Source of the DNA: Bacteroidota bacterium
GTDB taxonomy: Bacteria > Bacteroidota > Ignavibacteria > Kryptoniales > JAKASW01
NCBI GenBank assembly: GCA_021794075.1
Contig: JAJYRM010000002.1
Location: 18,955-82,954 of the forward strand
Reading direction: 5' to 3'
Length of the DNA stretch: 64,000 nucleotides
The position numbers were made by a program, and so were the translations under genes. Below are positions 31,688 through 41,603 of this stretch, one piece after another. Under the pieces are notes generated by a model, which saw nothing but the letters and a program-made list of their open reading frames with translations, was not told where the DNA came from and made no database searches. Within the stretch, counting starts at the first letter, position 1; each line of letters opens with the position of its first letter.

Positions 31688-32112
31688 TTTATCCCGGATC
31701 TATTTTTAAGTCAAGACTTACATCAAACGTCATTTATCCGTCAGGTAAACATCCCCAAGTCTTGAGGTTAATCCAAATCCATATGCATCCAAGGCGCGGA
31801 ATTGACAAGGATTCCGACCGTTAGGGATCGAGGGAAATGCTGCGAGCCATCATCTGTTTTCTTTTGGAACGCAATAAGTGGATAGTCCTTTGTTGCATAT
31901 AGCCTTTCTGTACGGGGTGGCGATTCCGATAATTTTGTGCCGATATTGCTTTTATCCGGCGTAGACTCCCGTGGTAACCGGCGCCATTCGTGCGATTCGG
32001 ACCGCAAAAACACAATTTGCGTGATTAGTGGCACTTTCTTCCTCTGGTCAAAGTATAGTACCCTTCAGGCATGTGTTGAAGTTTCGCCCCCCCTTGGCTA
32101 ACTTAATAGGTC

Positions 32113-32940
32113 ATGCTCGAATATTTTGTTGATTTGCTCAATATTTCGCTGCCGATCCTTTATCTGTTCACGATTTTCCTCTACGGATTGGCTTTTTTCC
32201 TCGATGAACCTTTCGGAATACGAAACAGAACCCGTTTTCTGATCGGCACATTGATTGTTCATTTCATATATCTCCTCAGCCGGACAATCCTGACGGGGCA
32301 TCCGCCTACAACGGATGTGTTTGAGATTATGACAGTCGTGGCATTTACAATCGGAGTCGCATATATCTACATAGAAATGAGAACAAAAGTGAAGGAGACG
32401 GGGATGTTTATCCTATCTTTGGCGCTTTTGTTCCAGGTGGTCTCCGCGGCGTTCATTAAGCTAGATGTCCAGGTAAATCCGATCATCAAGTCGAGCCTGC
32501 TTGGACTGCATGTCGTGAGCGCCATGCTTGGTTACAGCGCGCTTGCGATTTCAGCAGTCTACGGGGGACTCTACTTGATGATGTATCATGAGATAAGAAC
32601 GAACAGGTTCGGGATTGTTTACAGGAAACTTCCCGATCTAAAGACGCTTGAGAATCTGAGTTTCGCATCCATCGTCTTCGGCTTCATTTTTCTGTCTATC
32701 GTAATACTTGTTGGATATGTCTGGCTTCCAAAGACCATAGATGATTTCTCATACTCTGATCCCAAACTCATCATTACTGACATTGTCTGGATTATCTATT
32801 TTGTCGCACTCGTGTCGAAGAAGTCGATGAAGTGGACGGGACGAACGGTCATTATCGTGTCTATGGTTGGATTTGCCTTGACGCTGGTATCGATGGTTGT
32901 AGTGAACGTGTTTTTGCCGAGTTTTCACAATTTCAGATAG
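32113..32940 (+). CDS. Cytochrome c assembly family membrane protein (CcsA/HemX-like)
   Basis: 275 aa, about 8 TM helices. It sits immediately upstream of hemA, like hemX in the Bacillus hemAXCDBL operon. I saw no clear WWD heme-handling motif. Confidence 0.6.
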   Translation: MLEYFVDLLNISLPILYLFTIFLYGLAFFLDEPFGIRNRTRFLIGTLIVHFIYLLSRTILTGHPPTTDVFEIMTVVAFTIGVAYIYIEMRTKVKETGMFILSLALLFQVVSAAFIKLDVQVNPIIKSSLLGLHVVSAMLGYSALAISAVYGGLYLMMYHEIRTNRFGIVYRKLPDLKTLENLSFASIVFGFIFLSIVILVGYVWLPKTIDDFSYSDPKLIITDIVWIIYFVALVSKKSMKWTGRTVIIVSMVGFALTLVSMVVVNVFLPSFHNFR

Positions 32941-33006
32941 ATGAATGACAGCCCTGAAAAACATTCGCTGCCTGCCATTCGGCTATTGTAAATAACTCAA
33001 GGTCGA

Positions 33007-34296
33007 ATGTTAAAACTTACCGCGGTTTCGATAAATCACCGGACCGCAAATGTCGAAGCCCGCGAGAAAATATATTATACCTCCGAAGAAATCCGGGGGA
33101 TTGCGGACAAGCTTAAGGAGGCCGCACGCGAATCGCTTATCGTGTCCACGTGCAACCGGACTGAACTGTATTTCGTTCCATCTTCCAACCCAAAGACCCA
33201 CGACGAATTGTACCGCCTCATCCGAGAAGGGAAGCGTTTGCATGATGGGGAGCTGGATGTCCGGTTCGAAACCTTCGAGGGATTTGAGGCTGTCAGACAT
33301 CTCTTTGCCGTCGCTTCCGGAATTGATTCCCTGATGCTCGGGGATATCCAGATTCTTGGACAGGTCAAGGAGGCGTACAACACCGGCGTCGAGCTCGGGA
33401 TGGTGGGGACGTTGATGCATCACATGTGCCAGGTCGCTCTGAAGGCTGGGAAGCGCGTCAAGGTTGAGACGAAAATTTCGGAAGGCGCAGTCTCGGTCAG
33501 CTATGCCGCCGTCGAACTGGCCGAGAAAATTTTTGGGTCTCTCAAGGGAAGAACGGCGATGCTCATTGGCGCGGGCGAGACCGCCGAGCTGGCGGCCAAA
33601 GATCTTAAGCCTAAGGATATCGCCCGGCTTCTCATCGCGAACAGGACCATCGAGCGCGCTAAGAACCTCGCGGAACAAATGGGAATGGGAGAGGCGATAT
33701 CACTCGATGAAATGCGGACACGCCTTCAGGAAGCGGATATCGTCATATCGAGCGTCGGCGGTTCGGAATATATACTTACGCGCGATATGGTTGCAGCGGC
33801 TATGAAAGGCCGAGAAAGCAACCCGCTTCTCATAATAGATATCGGCGTCCCGAGGAATGTCGACCCGGCCGTGAAGAAGATACCCTACGTTTTCCTCAAC
33901 GACATAGATTCGCTCCATCTCATCGTTCAGAACAACATGCAGATGCGCCGCGCTGAGATTGTCGCCGTTCAGAGGGTGCTCGATGAAGAGCTGAATGATT
34001 TTGTGAAATGGTACAACTCTCTGGAGGTCGGGCCGACGATAAAGATGCTCCGTGACAAAATCGAGCAGATAAGAGAGGAAGAACTAAAGCGCTACAGGGG
34101 GAAGGTGGACGGAGCTGACGCCAAGATCCTCGATGAAGTGACGCGATCGCTCGTGAATAAGATACTTCACGAACCCATGACCAATCTAAAAAGCGCGGAG
34201 AACGGGATATCCGTCGTTGATCGTGTGAATACGCTGAAGTCGCTGTTCGGTCTGGCCGAGGAATCCCACGAAGAGAAGACAAATGGAAAAAATTAG
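33007..34296 (+). CDS. hemA: Glutamyl-tRNA reductase
   Basis: 429 aa. It has the catalytic Cys motif STCNRTELY, the NADPH fold LIGAGETAELAA and a C-terminal dimerisation helix. Confidence 0.95.
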   Translation: MLKLTAVSINHRTANVEAREKIYYTSEEIRGIADKLKEAARESLIVSTCNRTELYFVPSSNPKTHDELYRLIREGKRLHDGELDVRFETFEGFEAVRHLFAVASGIDSLMLGDIQILGQVKEAYNTGVELGMVGTLMHHMCQVALKAGKRVKVETKISEGAVSVSYAAVELAEKIFGSLKGRTAMLIGAGETAELAAKDLKPKDIARLLIANRTIERAKNLAEQMGMGEAISLDEMRTRLQEADIVISSVGGSEYILTRDMVAAAMKGRESNPLLIIDIGVPRNVDPAVKKIPYVFLNDIDSLHLIVQNNMQMRRAEIVAVQRVLDEELNDFVKWYNSLEVGPTIKMLRDKIEQIREEELKRYRGKVDGADAKILDEVTRSLVNKILHEPMTNLKSAENGISVVDRVNTLKSLFGLAEESHEEKTNGKN

Positions 34297-35206
34297 AATC
34301 GGGACTCGCGGCAGCCAGCTCGCGCTTTACCAGGCGAACGCGGTCGCGGCGTTTCTCAGGGATAGTCAGAGGGGATTGGAAACTGAAATTGTGAAGATAA
34401 GGACAACCGGCGATAAAGTGCTCGATTCCCCTCTTTCGAAAATCGGTGACAAGGGATTGTTCACACGCGAAATTGAGAGGGCGCTTCTTGACAAGGAGAT
34501 CGATTGCGCCGTGCACAGCCTCAAAGATCTTCCCACTGAATTGCCCGAGAAACTACAGATCGTCGCGTTCAGCGCTAGAGAAGATGTTCGCGATGCGCTC
34601 ATAGCTCAGGACGGCATGAAGCTCCTTGAGCTTCCGAAGGGATCGACAGTGGCCACCGGAAGCCTGAGGAGACGATCACAGCTGATGCATCTCAGAAGCG
34701 ACCTGAACCTTGTCGACATAAGAGGAAATCTAAACACGCGGCTTAGGAAACTCGAGGAAGAGGGATACGCCGGTATGATGCTGGCGTACGCAGGCATTAA
34801 AAGATTGGGGATGGCCGACAAAGTGACCGAGATCCTCGAACCTAACAAGATGCTTCCTGCGGTGGGGCAGGGAATAATTGCCGTTGAAGCCCGCGAAGGA
34901 GATGGCAGGATCAAAGAACTCCTGCGCGATTTCAATTCCGAGGAATCTGAGACGTCCGCGCTTGCCGAACGCGCCTTCCTGAGGAAGCTCGAAGGCGGGT
35001 GCCAAGTGCCAATCGGTGTTTATACCTATTTCACGAATAAGAAGATCAGCGGCATGGTCGCCTCTCTGGATGGCGAGATACTCATCAGAGATTTCGTTTC
35101 ATTGAACGCTAATGAACCGGAAAATTCCGGCGAAGAATTAGCGGAAAAACTCCTGTCGCTCGGCGCAGACAAAATACTAGCGGAGATAAGGAGCGCGTCG
35201 GCTTGA
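34283..35206 (+). CDS. hemC: Hydroxymethylbilane synthase (porphobilinogen deaminase)
   Basis: 307 aa with IGTRGSQLALYQA, HSLKDLPT, RGNLNTRL and the cofactor Cys in GGCQVPIG. Confidence 0.96.
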   Translation: MEKIRIGTRGSQLALYQANAVAAFLRDSQRGLETEIVKIRTTGDKVLDSPLSKIGDKGLFTREIERALLDKEIDCAVHSLKDLPTELPEKLQIVAFSAREDVRDALIAQDGMKLLELPKGSTVATGSLRRRSQLMHLRSDLNLVDIRGNLNTRLRKLEEEGYAGMMLAYAGIKRLGMADKVTEILEPNKMLPAVGQGIIAVEAREGDGRIKELLRDFNSEESETSALAERAFLRKLEGGCQVPIGVYTYFTNKKISGMVASLDGEILIRDFVSLNANEPENSGEELAEKLLSLGADKILAEIRSASA

Positions 35207-35237
35207 AAGGCGCCTGTATCTCGGGAGGAAAGGCTTG

Positions 35238-35999
35238 ATGGAAGGTTTACCACTTTCGGGCAAACGGATTGTAGTAACACGAGCCGAAGAGCAATCCGGC
35301 GCCATCTCGGCCGGTTTGGAAAAGTTGGGTGCTAATGTGATTGGCCTCCCGACGATAAAGATAGAGCAGGCAATCCTGTCACCTGATGCGTTGAAGAAAC
35401 TCTCAGCCTTCAGCAAATATGACGTCGTTGTTTTTACATCCGTCAACGCCGTCCAGCATATCGGTTCGCATGTGTCTCTAAGAAAAGATGCCGGTGGCAA
35501 GCCGTTCGTGGTGGCAATCGGGAAAAAAACGGCAGAGATGCTGAATGTGTATGGAGTAAATCCCGATCTCATGCCCGAGAAGTATACTTCGTCAGATTTG
35601 CTTAAATCTCTCGGCGATCTGGATTGGAAGGGGAAAAGAATCCTCATCCCCAAGGGGAATCTTGCGGGAAGCGAAATCGCCGCTCTCATAAGGGCGCAGG
35701 GTGGCGATGTCGATGAGATTGTCGTGTACAACACACTTCCCAACACTTCGCTGGAGCATGAATTGAAATCGCGGATCTCATCAGGCGAGTTCGATGGCGT
35801 TGTCTTTTTCAGCCCTTCCCAAATAAAAAATTTCCTGGCGGTGTTCGGTGCCTCCGTGCTTAAAAGCAAGGAGATCGCTGTTATCGGTCCGACAACGAAG
35901 AAAGCGGCGGAGGAGGCGGGGCTTAAGGTCGACGTTGTTCCCGCTAATTCCACGATAGAGGGCTTGATTGCTAGTATGGTCGAACATGAAAAATTTTGA
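35238..35999 (+). CDS. hemD: Uroporphyrinogen-III synthase
   Basis: About 253 aa. GKRIVVTRA...VVFTSVNAV...IAVIGPTT is the typical two-lobed HemD pattern. An RBS, GGGAGGAAAGG, precedes the ATG at 35238. Confidence 0.85.
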   Translation: MEGLPLSGKRIVVTRAEEQSGAISAGLEKLGANVIGLPTIKIEQAILSPDALKKLSAFSKYDVVVFTSVNAVQHIGSHVSLRKDAGGKPFVVAIGKKTAEMLNVYGVNPDLMPEKYTSSDLLKSLGDLDWKGKRILIPKGNLAGSEIAALIRAQGGDVDEIVVYNTLPNTSLEHELKSRISSGEFDGVVFFSPSQIKNFLAVFGASVLKSKEIAVIGPTTKKAAEEAGLKVDVVPANSTIEGLIASMVEHEKF

Positions 36000-37023
36000 T
36001 AACGATTTACTCCTCCGAGTACTCAGGGGGGAACGGGCTGAAAGGACACCGATATGGATCATGCGCCAGGCGGGACGTTATCTCCCCGAGTATATGGCTG
36101 TCAGAGCCCAGCATGATTTTCTCACCATGTGCAGGGTGCCGGAACTTTCATCTGAAGTGACTATACAACCCGTCGACATAATAGGCGTCGACGCAGCAAT
36201 CATTTTTTCAGATATACTCGTGCTCCCAGAGGCGATGGGACTTAATCTCGTCGTCGAAGAAGGGAAAGGTGGACCGCGTTTCACCAACACGATAAGGAGG
36301 AAATCCGATCTTTCTTCGATTCATGCGGCTGACTGCGAAAATGATTTGAAGTATGTCGCAGACGCGATCCGGCTCGCCGTGGAAAGGCTGAACGGGCGCG
36401 TGCCCCTCATAGGATTCTGTGGCTCGCCATGGACACTTTTCGCGTATATGGTGGAAGGAAAAGGAGGAGAATTCGTCCACGCGAGAGCCATGCTGTATGA
36501 AGATCCAGCTACGGCTCACGAAGTTTTGCAGCTGCTGACTTCCAGCGCGATATCCTATTTGAAAATGCAGCGCGCGGCTGGGGCGGATGTCATCCAGCTT
36601 TTTGACTCGTGGGCGGGTGTCCTTTCGCCCCGCCTTTACGAGGAGTTCTCGCTCAGATACATAAAACAAATTGTTGACTCGCTTCGGAATGAAGTCCCCG
36701 TGATCGTCTTCGCGAAAGCGGCGAACCACTCTTTGAGGAAGATGGGCGATGTAGGCGCCTCGGCTGTCAGCGTCGACTGGACGATAAGCATCGACGAAGC
36801 GGCCAAAACCGTAGGCGGTGTCGTTCAAGGCAATCTTGATCCTTCCGTGCTGTTTGCCGGCAAGGGGACGATTCGGTCGGAAGCGGAAAAGGTTCTTGCG
36901 CAGGCGCCAAAGGGAAGACACATCTTCAATCTCGGCCACGGCATACTGCCCGGTACGCCAGTAGAAGGAGTGAAGACTCTCGTCGATTTCGTGAAGGGCT
37001 GGAAAGCGTTTGAGCGGAATTAA
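35986..37023 (+). CDS. hemE: Uroporphyrinogen decarboxylase
   Basis: PIWIMRQAGRYLPEY signature, then FSDILV and DSWAG. I chose the ATG at 35986, which overlaps the hemD end by 14 nt. Confidence 0.95.
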   Translation: MKNFDNDLLLRVLRGERAERTPIWIMRQAGRYLPEYMAVRAQHDFLTMCRVPELSSEVTIQPVDIIGVDAAIIFSDILVLPEAMGLNLVVEEGKGGPRFTNTIRRKSDLSSIHAADCENDLKYVADAIRLAVERLNGRVPLIGFCGSPWTLFAYMVEGKGGEFVHARAMLYEDPATAHEVLQLLTSSAISYLKMQRAAGADVIQLFDSWAGVLSPRLYEEFSLRYIKQIVDSLRNEVPVIVFAKAANHSLRKMGDVGASAVSVDWTISIDEAAKTVGGVVQGNLDPSVLFAGKGTIRSEAEKVLAQAPKGRHIFNLGHGILPGTPVEGVKTLVDFVKGWKAFERN

Positions 37024-37072
37024 TGGAGAAGGCCGCAACTGATTCGCTGTCTACTAACAGTAGGAGATCGTA

Positions 37073-38041
37073 ATGGGTAAGATCGGTGTCGTGCTTCTGA
37101 ACCTTGGCGGTCCCTTGTCGGCTGCGGATATCGAGGAATTTCTTTTTAATCTTTTTATGGACCCGTACATCATCGAGATTCCTTTACGCGGATTGCCCAG
37201 GAGGGCATTAGCCAGGTTCATAGCCAGGCGGCGCGCGAAGAAGACGGCTCATTACTACGACGTGATGGGGGGGAAGTCGCCTCAGTACGAACTCACCGTC
37301 ACGCAGGCCGAAGCTCTGGAGAGCAGGCTTCGTCAGACGATCGACGCGAAAGTCTACGTCGGGATGAGATATTTTAAACCATATATCGAAGAAGCACACA
37401 ACGCGATTCTGAATGATAACGTCGAGAATGTCGTGCTGCTTCCGCTATATCCTCATTATTCCAGGACGACGACGCTTTCTAGCTTTGAGGAGTGGAACCG
37501 TGTCACGCATAACCTCACGAGAAGGATGAAGGTGCTTCAGATTGAGAGTTACCACAACGACGCTCTTTACATCGAGGCGCTCACGGACAGAATCAACGAA
37601 GCTTTGACGAAATTTTCCGGGGCGATAAGAGAGGAAGTCTATCTCCTTTTCAGCGCTCATGGTGTTCCCGTCAGAGTGATAGAGCGGGGAGATCCGTATC
37701 AGAAACAGATCATCGAGACTGTCGATCTCGTGTCGGGGAAATTTTCAAATCCGTACTCGCTGGCATATCAGAGCAGGGTGGGTCCGGTAAAGTGGCTTGG
37801 CCCGCCGACGCTGGCCGAAATAAAACGACTCGCGGCGGAAGGAAAGAAGAATCTGCTCGTGATCCCGATAAGCTTCGTGAGCGAACACTCCGAGACCCTG
37901 TATGAAGTTAATTATCTCTTCAGGAACGAGGCGAAGGCCGCGGGCATAGAGCGTTTCGAGATGATGCCAGCTCTGAACGATTCGCCGAAGTTTATCGAGG
38001 CGCTCGCTTCTTTGGTTTTGGAAAAGACAAAGGATTTTTAG
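37073..38041 (+). CDS. hemH: Ferrochelatase (protoporphyrin or coproporphyrin type not resolved)
   Basis: 322 aa with GVVLLNLGGP, LPLYPHYS, LFSAHGVP and FVSEHSETL. Confidence 0.94.
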   Translation: MGKIGVVLLNLGGPLSAADIEEFLFNLFMDPYIIEIPLRGLPRRALARFIARRRAKKTAHYYDVMGGKSPQYELTVTQAEALESRLRQTIDAKVYVGMRYFKPYIEEAHNAILNDNVENVVLLPLYPHYSRTTTLSSFEEWNRVTHNLTRRMKVLQIESYHNDALYIEALTDRINEALTKFSGAIREEVYLLFSAHGVPVRVIERGDPYQKQIIETVDLVSGKFSNPYSLAYQSRVGPVKWLGPPTLAEIKRLAAEGKKNLLVIPISFVSEHSETLYEVNYLFRNEAKAAGIERFEMMPALNDSPKFIEALASLVLEKTKDF

Positions 38042-38047
38042 AAAGCC

Positions 38048-39409
38048 ATGAAAATAGCGGTAATAGGCGCGGGAATCTCGGGCCTCGCCACGGCGCACTT
38101 CCTAAAGAAAGGGGGCGCGGAAATTACTGTGCTCGAGAAGAATGCTGTGCCGGGCGGGACGATCGGTTCGAAGGTTGTCGGCGGCTATCTCGTAGAAAAC
38201 GGACCTAACAGCACTTCGGAAACCAATTTCGTTATTGACGAGCTCCTCTCCGATCTGTCGATGAAAGAGGAAAAGGTCTACGCCGACGAAAGTTCCAAGT
38301 ACCGCTTCATACTTCGTGAAGGGAAACTGCACTCGTTGCCTTCCGGACCCGGCTCTTTCATTTCGACGAAGCTCTGGACCGGAGGGGCGAAGCTCAGGTT
38401 GTTCGCGGAACCGTTTGTAGGCCGCGCGGAGCACGAGGAATCGATTGCCGATTTCGTGGCGCGCAGACTCGGGAGGGAATTCCTCGATTACGCGATCAAC
38501 CCTTTCGTCGCCGGGGTCTATGCCGGGAACCCATCGGATCTTAGCGTCAGAGCCGCCTTCCCCAAACTATACGCCCTCGAAGAAAAGTACGGCGGGCTGC
38601 TGAAAGGAACGATCAAAGGAGCGCGCGAAAGAAAGAAACGTGGGACGAAGGCGAAGGCATCCGCTAAGTTGTTTGCATTCAGGAGCGGTATGGGAATTTT
38701 GCCCGACACCATCACGCGCGAGCTTGGGGCCTCTGTCAGATTCGGAGCAGCCGTGGAGAGCGTGAATAAGGAGCGGGCAGGATTTGTCGTGAACTTCTCC
38801 GCAGATGGAAAGCATGAGAGCGAGAATTATGACGGCATTGTGCTGTCTACGCCCGCCTACGCCGCGGCCGCGATAATCAAGTCATGGCTTCCAGAACTTT
38901 CAAGCGAACTTCTAAAGATTAAATATCCCCCCGTCGCAGTCGCGGTGCTCGGTTACAAACGTGAACAGGTTAAGATTGACCTGAAAGGGTTCGGGTTCCT
39001 CGTGCCGGAGGTCGAAAAGCGCAACATACTCGGTACGATTTGGAGCTCCAGCATTTTTCCGAATCGCGCTCCGGAAGGTTATGTGGAGCTTACTACATTT
39101 ATCGGCGGGTCGCGACAGCCGAAGCTCGCGGCGCTCTCGACCGATGAAATAGCGGGGATCGCCCATGAGGAGAACGCGAATCTCATGAAGATAGAGGGTC
39201 GACCTACTTTCCAGGCGGTCAGCAAATGGGAACGAGCAATCCCTCAGTACAACATCGGCCATCTCTCTATACTCGACGCCGTACGTCACGTTGAAAGCCT
39301 TAATGCTGGATTTTATATTTGCTGTAATTACAAGGACGGCATTTCCGTTGCCGATTGCATAGCAAACGGAAAGAAGACCGCCGAATCGATATTGCAAGGA
39401 GTAATGTGA
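38048..39409 (+). CDS. hemY: HemY-type protoporphyrinogen/coproporphyrinogen oxidase (FAD)
   Basis: 453 aa. FAD fold [14 protein letters not shown] and a hemE-hemH-hemY arrangement as in Bacillus. Confidence 0.88.
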   Translation: MKIAVIGAGISGLATAHFLKKGGAEITVLEKNAVPGGTIGSKVVGGYLVENGPNSTSETNFVIDELLSDLSMKEEKVYADESSKYRFILREGKLHSLPSGPGSFISTKLWTGGAKLRLFAEPFVGRAEHEESIADFVARRLGREFLDYAINPFVAGVYAGNPSDLSVRAAFPKLYALEEKYGGLLKGTIKGARERKKRGTKAKASAKLFAFRSGMGILPDTITRELGASVRFGAAVESVNKERAGFVVNFSADGKHESENYDGIVLSTPAYAAAAIIKSWLPELSSELLKIKYPPVAVAVLGYKREQVKIDLKGFGFLVPEVEKRNILGTIWSSSIFPNRAPEGYVELTTFIGGSRQPKLAALSTDEIAGIAHEENANLMKIEGRPTFQAVSKWERAIPQYNIGHLSILDAVRHVESLNAGFYICCNYKDGISVADCIANGKKTAESILQGVM

Positions 39410-39410
39410 A

Positions 39411-40430
39411 ATGATTACGATGACAGAATATCAAAAGAAAACCGGATTCCCGACGGTGAGGATGAGAAGGTTAAGGATGACCGAGACAATTCGGGAAATG
39501 GTCAGGGAAACAGTTCTTCAATCTTCGGATTTTATCTACCCTATGTTTGTCGTGCCGGGGAAGAAAGTACGCAAGGAAATCTCGTCGATGCCGGGAGTGT
39601 TTCAGCTCTCCGTGGACGAGCTTGTCCGTGAATGCGAGAACGTCTACAAAGCCGGCGTGAAATCGGTTATCCTGTTCGGGATACCTTCCCGCAAGGACGA
39701 GTACGGCTCCGAAGCCTATGACGAGAACGGCGTGGTGCAGCAGGCCATCCGTGAGCTTAAGAAGCAAATACCGGATTTGTTCGTCATCACCGATGTCTGT
39801 CTTTGCGAGTACACATCGCATGGACACTGCGGCATACTCAAGGAAATATCGCCGGGTCAGGTCGAAATACTGAACGATGAGACTCTCGACCTTCTCGCGA
39901 AGGAGTCTCTGACCCACGTTCAGGCCGGCGCCGACATGGTGGCGCCTAGCGACATGATGGACGGCAGAGTCGCCGCGATACGTGCCCTCCTGGATGAAAA
40001 CGGTTTTGCCTCTACGCCTATAATGAGTTATGCGGCCAAATACGCCTCGGGCTTCTACGGCCCGTTCAGGGACGCGGCTGAATCCACGCCGCAGTTCGGC
40101 GACAGAAAGAGCCACCAGATGGATCCCGCGAACGCGAACGAGGCCATCCGCGAAGTGGCACTTGACATAGACGAAGGCGCGGATATCGTCATGGTGAAGC
40201 CCGCTCTCGCGTATCTCGATGTCATTTATCGCGTGAAGAACGAATTCAGAATGCCGACCGCCGCGTACCAGGTGAGCGGCGAGTACTCAATGATCAAGGC
40301 TGCCGCGCGCAACGGCTGGCTCGACGAACAACGTATCATGATGGAGACACTCACGGCGATAAAGAGGGCCGGAGCCGATCTCATAATGACTTACTTCGCG
40401 GTCGATGCGGCAAAACTCCTGAAGAGCTAA
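39411..40430 (+). CDS. hemB: Porphobilinogen synthase (ALA dehydratase), zinc type
   Basis: 339 aa. It has RRLR near the N terminus, the Cys-rich zinc site [14 protein letters not shown], and active-site Lys regions ([12 protein letters not shown]). Confidence 0.96.
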   Translation: MITMTEYQKKTGFPTVRMRRLRMTETIREMVRETVLQSSDFIYPMFVVPGKKVRKEISSMPGVFQLSVDELVRECENVYKAGVKSVILFGIPSRKDEYGSEAYDENGVVQQAIRELKKQIPDLFVITDVCLCEYTSHGHCGILKEISPGQVEILNDETLDLLAKESLTHVQAGADMVAPSDMMDGRVAAIRALLDENGFASTPIMSYAAKYASGFYGPFRDAAESTPQFGDRKSHQMDPANANEAIREVALDIDEGADIVMVKPALAYLDVIYRVKNEFRMPTAAYQVSGEYSMIKAAARNGWLDEQRIMMETLTAIKRAGADLIMTYFAVDAAKLLKS

Positions 40431-40495
40431 CAGAGCGGCCTTGCGATTTCCGCTGGGTCTGATGAAGAGCGGATCTCCGCAAGGCCGGAACCGTG

Positions 40496-41479
40496 ATGGA
40501 AAGAGTTTTTGTAACAGGGGCTAACGGGTTAATCGGATCAAATCTCTGCCACAAGCTGAGCGAACTCGGCTACGAGGTTGTCGGCCTGGTACGCGAGAAG
40601 TCTAATTTGCTGGGCTTGAGGGGCTTCAAAGGCCGGATCGTTAAAGGAGACATACTTGACGAGGCTGCCCTCGCCAAATTGATGGAAGGCGCGGATTACG
40701 TATTCAACACCGCCGGGCTGGTCAGTTTTGACAACAGGCTCCGCGAGAAGCTCTTTCGTGTCAATGTCGACGGCGCGCGAAACGTAGTGGAAGCGGCGCT
40801 CAAAGCCCGCGTGAAAAGACTTGTTCACACGAGTTCGGTCGCGGCAATCGGTATTCCGGTGGCAGGAGACATTGCCGACGAGAGCGTCGAGTACAACCGC
40901 TTCAAATACGGAGTAGCGTACGGCGACAGTAAACATTACGGCGAAGTGGAAGTGAGGAAAGGGGTGGAGCGCGGGCTCGACGCCGTTGTCGTGAATCCGG
41001 GTTCTATCATGGGGCAGAGAGATGTCTATATGCACTCGGGAATCCTGCTGAAAATTTTGAAGGGGATGAAGGTCGTCCCTTACGTTTCGGGCGGGATGTG
41101 CAGCGTAGGTGCTGATGACGTTGTGGATGGCGAAATAGCAGCGCTGAGATTGGGATGGGTGGGAGAGAGATATGTGCTTGGGAGCGAGAATATCACGTTC
41201 AAAGATCTCTTCGGGAAGATCTGCAGTCTCGTCGGCGCTCCTCCACCTAGTGTGCGTATTCCGCTATCGGTCGCGCGAGGCGCGGCTTCCTTTCTTGAAC
41301 TTCTTTCGAGCTTCACCGGGAAACCTCCCGTGCTGACTAAGGCGCACGTTGTAAGCGCAACGCTACCACATTATTTTTCATCGGACAAGGCGATGCGGGA
41401 TTTGGGATATAAACCCAGACCCATTCTGGACGCGATTCGGAAATCGTACGAATGGTACGTCGTGAATGGCCTGATGTGA
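40496..41479 (+). CDS. NAD(P)-dependent epimerase/dehydratase-family SDR (extended type)
   Basis: VFVTGANGLIGSNL Rossmann motif and a YGDSK catalytic YxxxK. It is inserted between hemB and hemL. Confidence 0.8.
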   Translation: MERVFVTGANGLIGSNLCHKLSELGYEVVGLVREKSNLLGLRGFKGRIVKGDILDEAALAKLMEGADYVFNTAGLVSFDNRLREKLFRVNVDGARNVVEAALKARVKRLVHTSSVAAIGIPVAGDIADESVEYNRFKYGVAYGDSKHYGEVEVRKGVERGLDAVVVNPGSIMGQRDVYMHSGILLKILKGMKVVPYVSGGMCSVGADDVVDGEIAALRLGWVGERYVLGSENITFKDLFGKICSLVGAPPPSVRIPLSVARGAASFLELLSSFTGKPPVLTKAHVVSATLPHYFSSDKAMRDLGYKPRPILDAIRKSYEWYVVNGLM

Positions 41480-41603
41480 ACCTGAAGTCTCAGTCGCCCT
41501 TTAAAGGCAGGGTTCATGAATCCACCTCAACTGCAAAGTCCACTCGCTTTCCTGCTGAGTAATCTGGGCTGCGTTGGAGCCGCAGGAATCTAAAGGAGAA
41601 AAA

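Noticed and set aside
37040-37056. TCTACT-AAC-AGTAGG inverted repeat upstream of hemH as a second LexA-type site
   Set aside because: It shares the hexamer with the lexA palindrome, but the arms are in the opposite order, the spacing is 3 rather than 6, and one arm is imperfect. It lies inside an operon junction with no SOS logic, so it is likely chance or a small hairpin.
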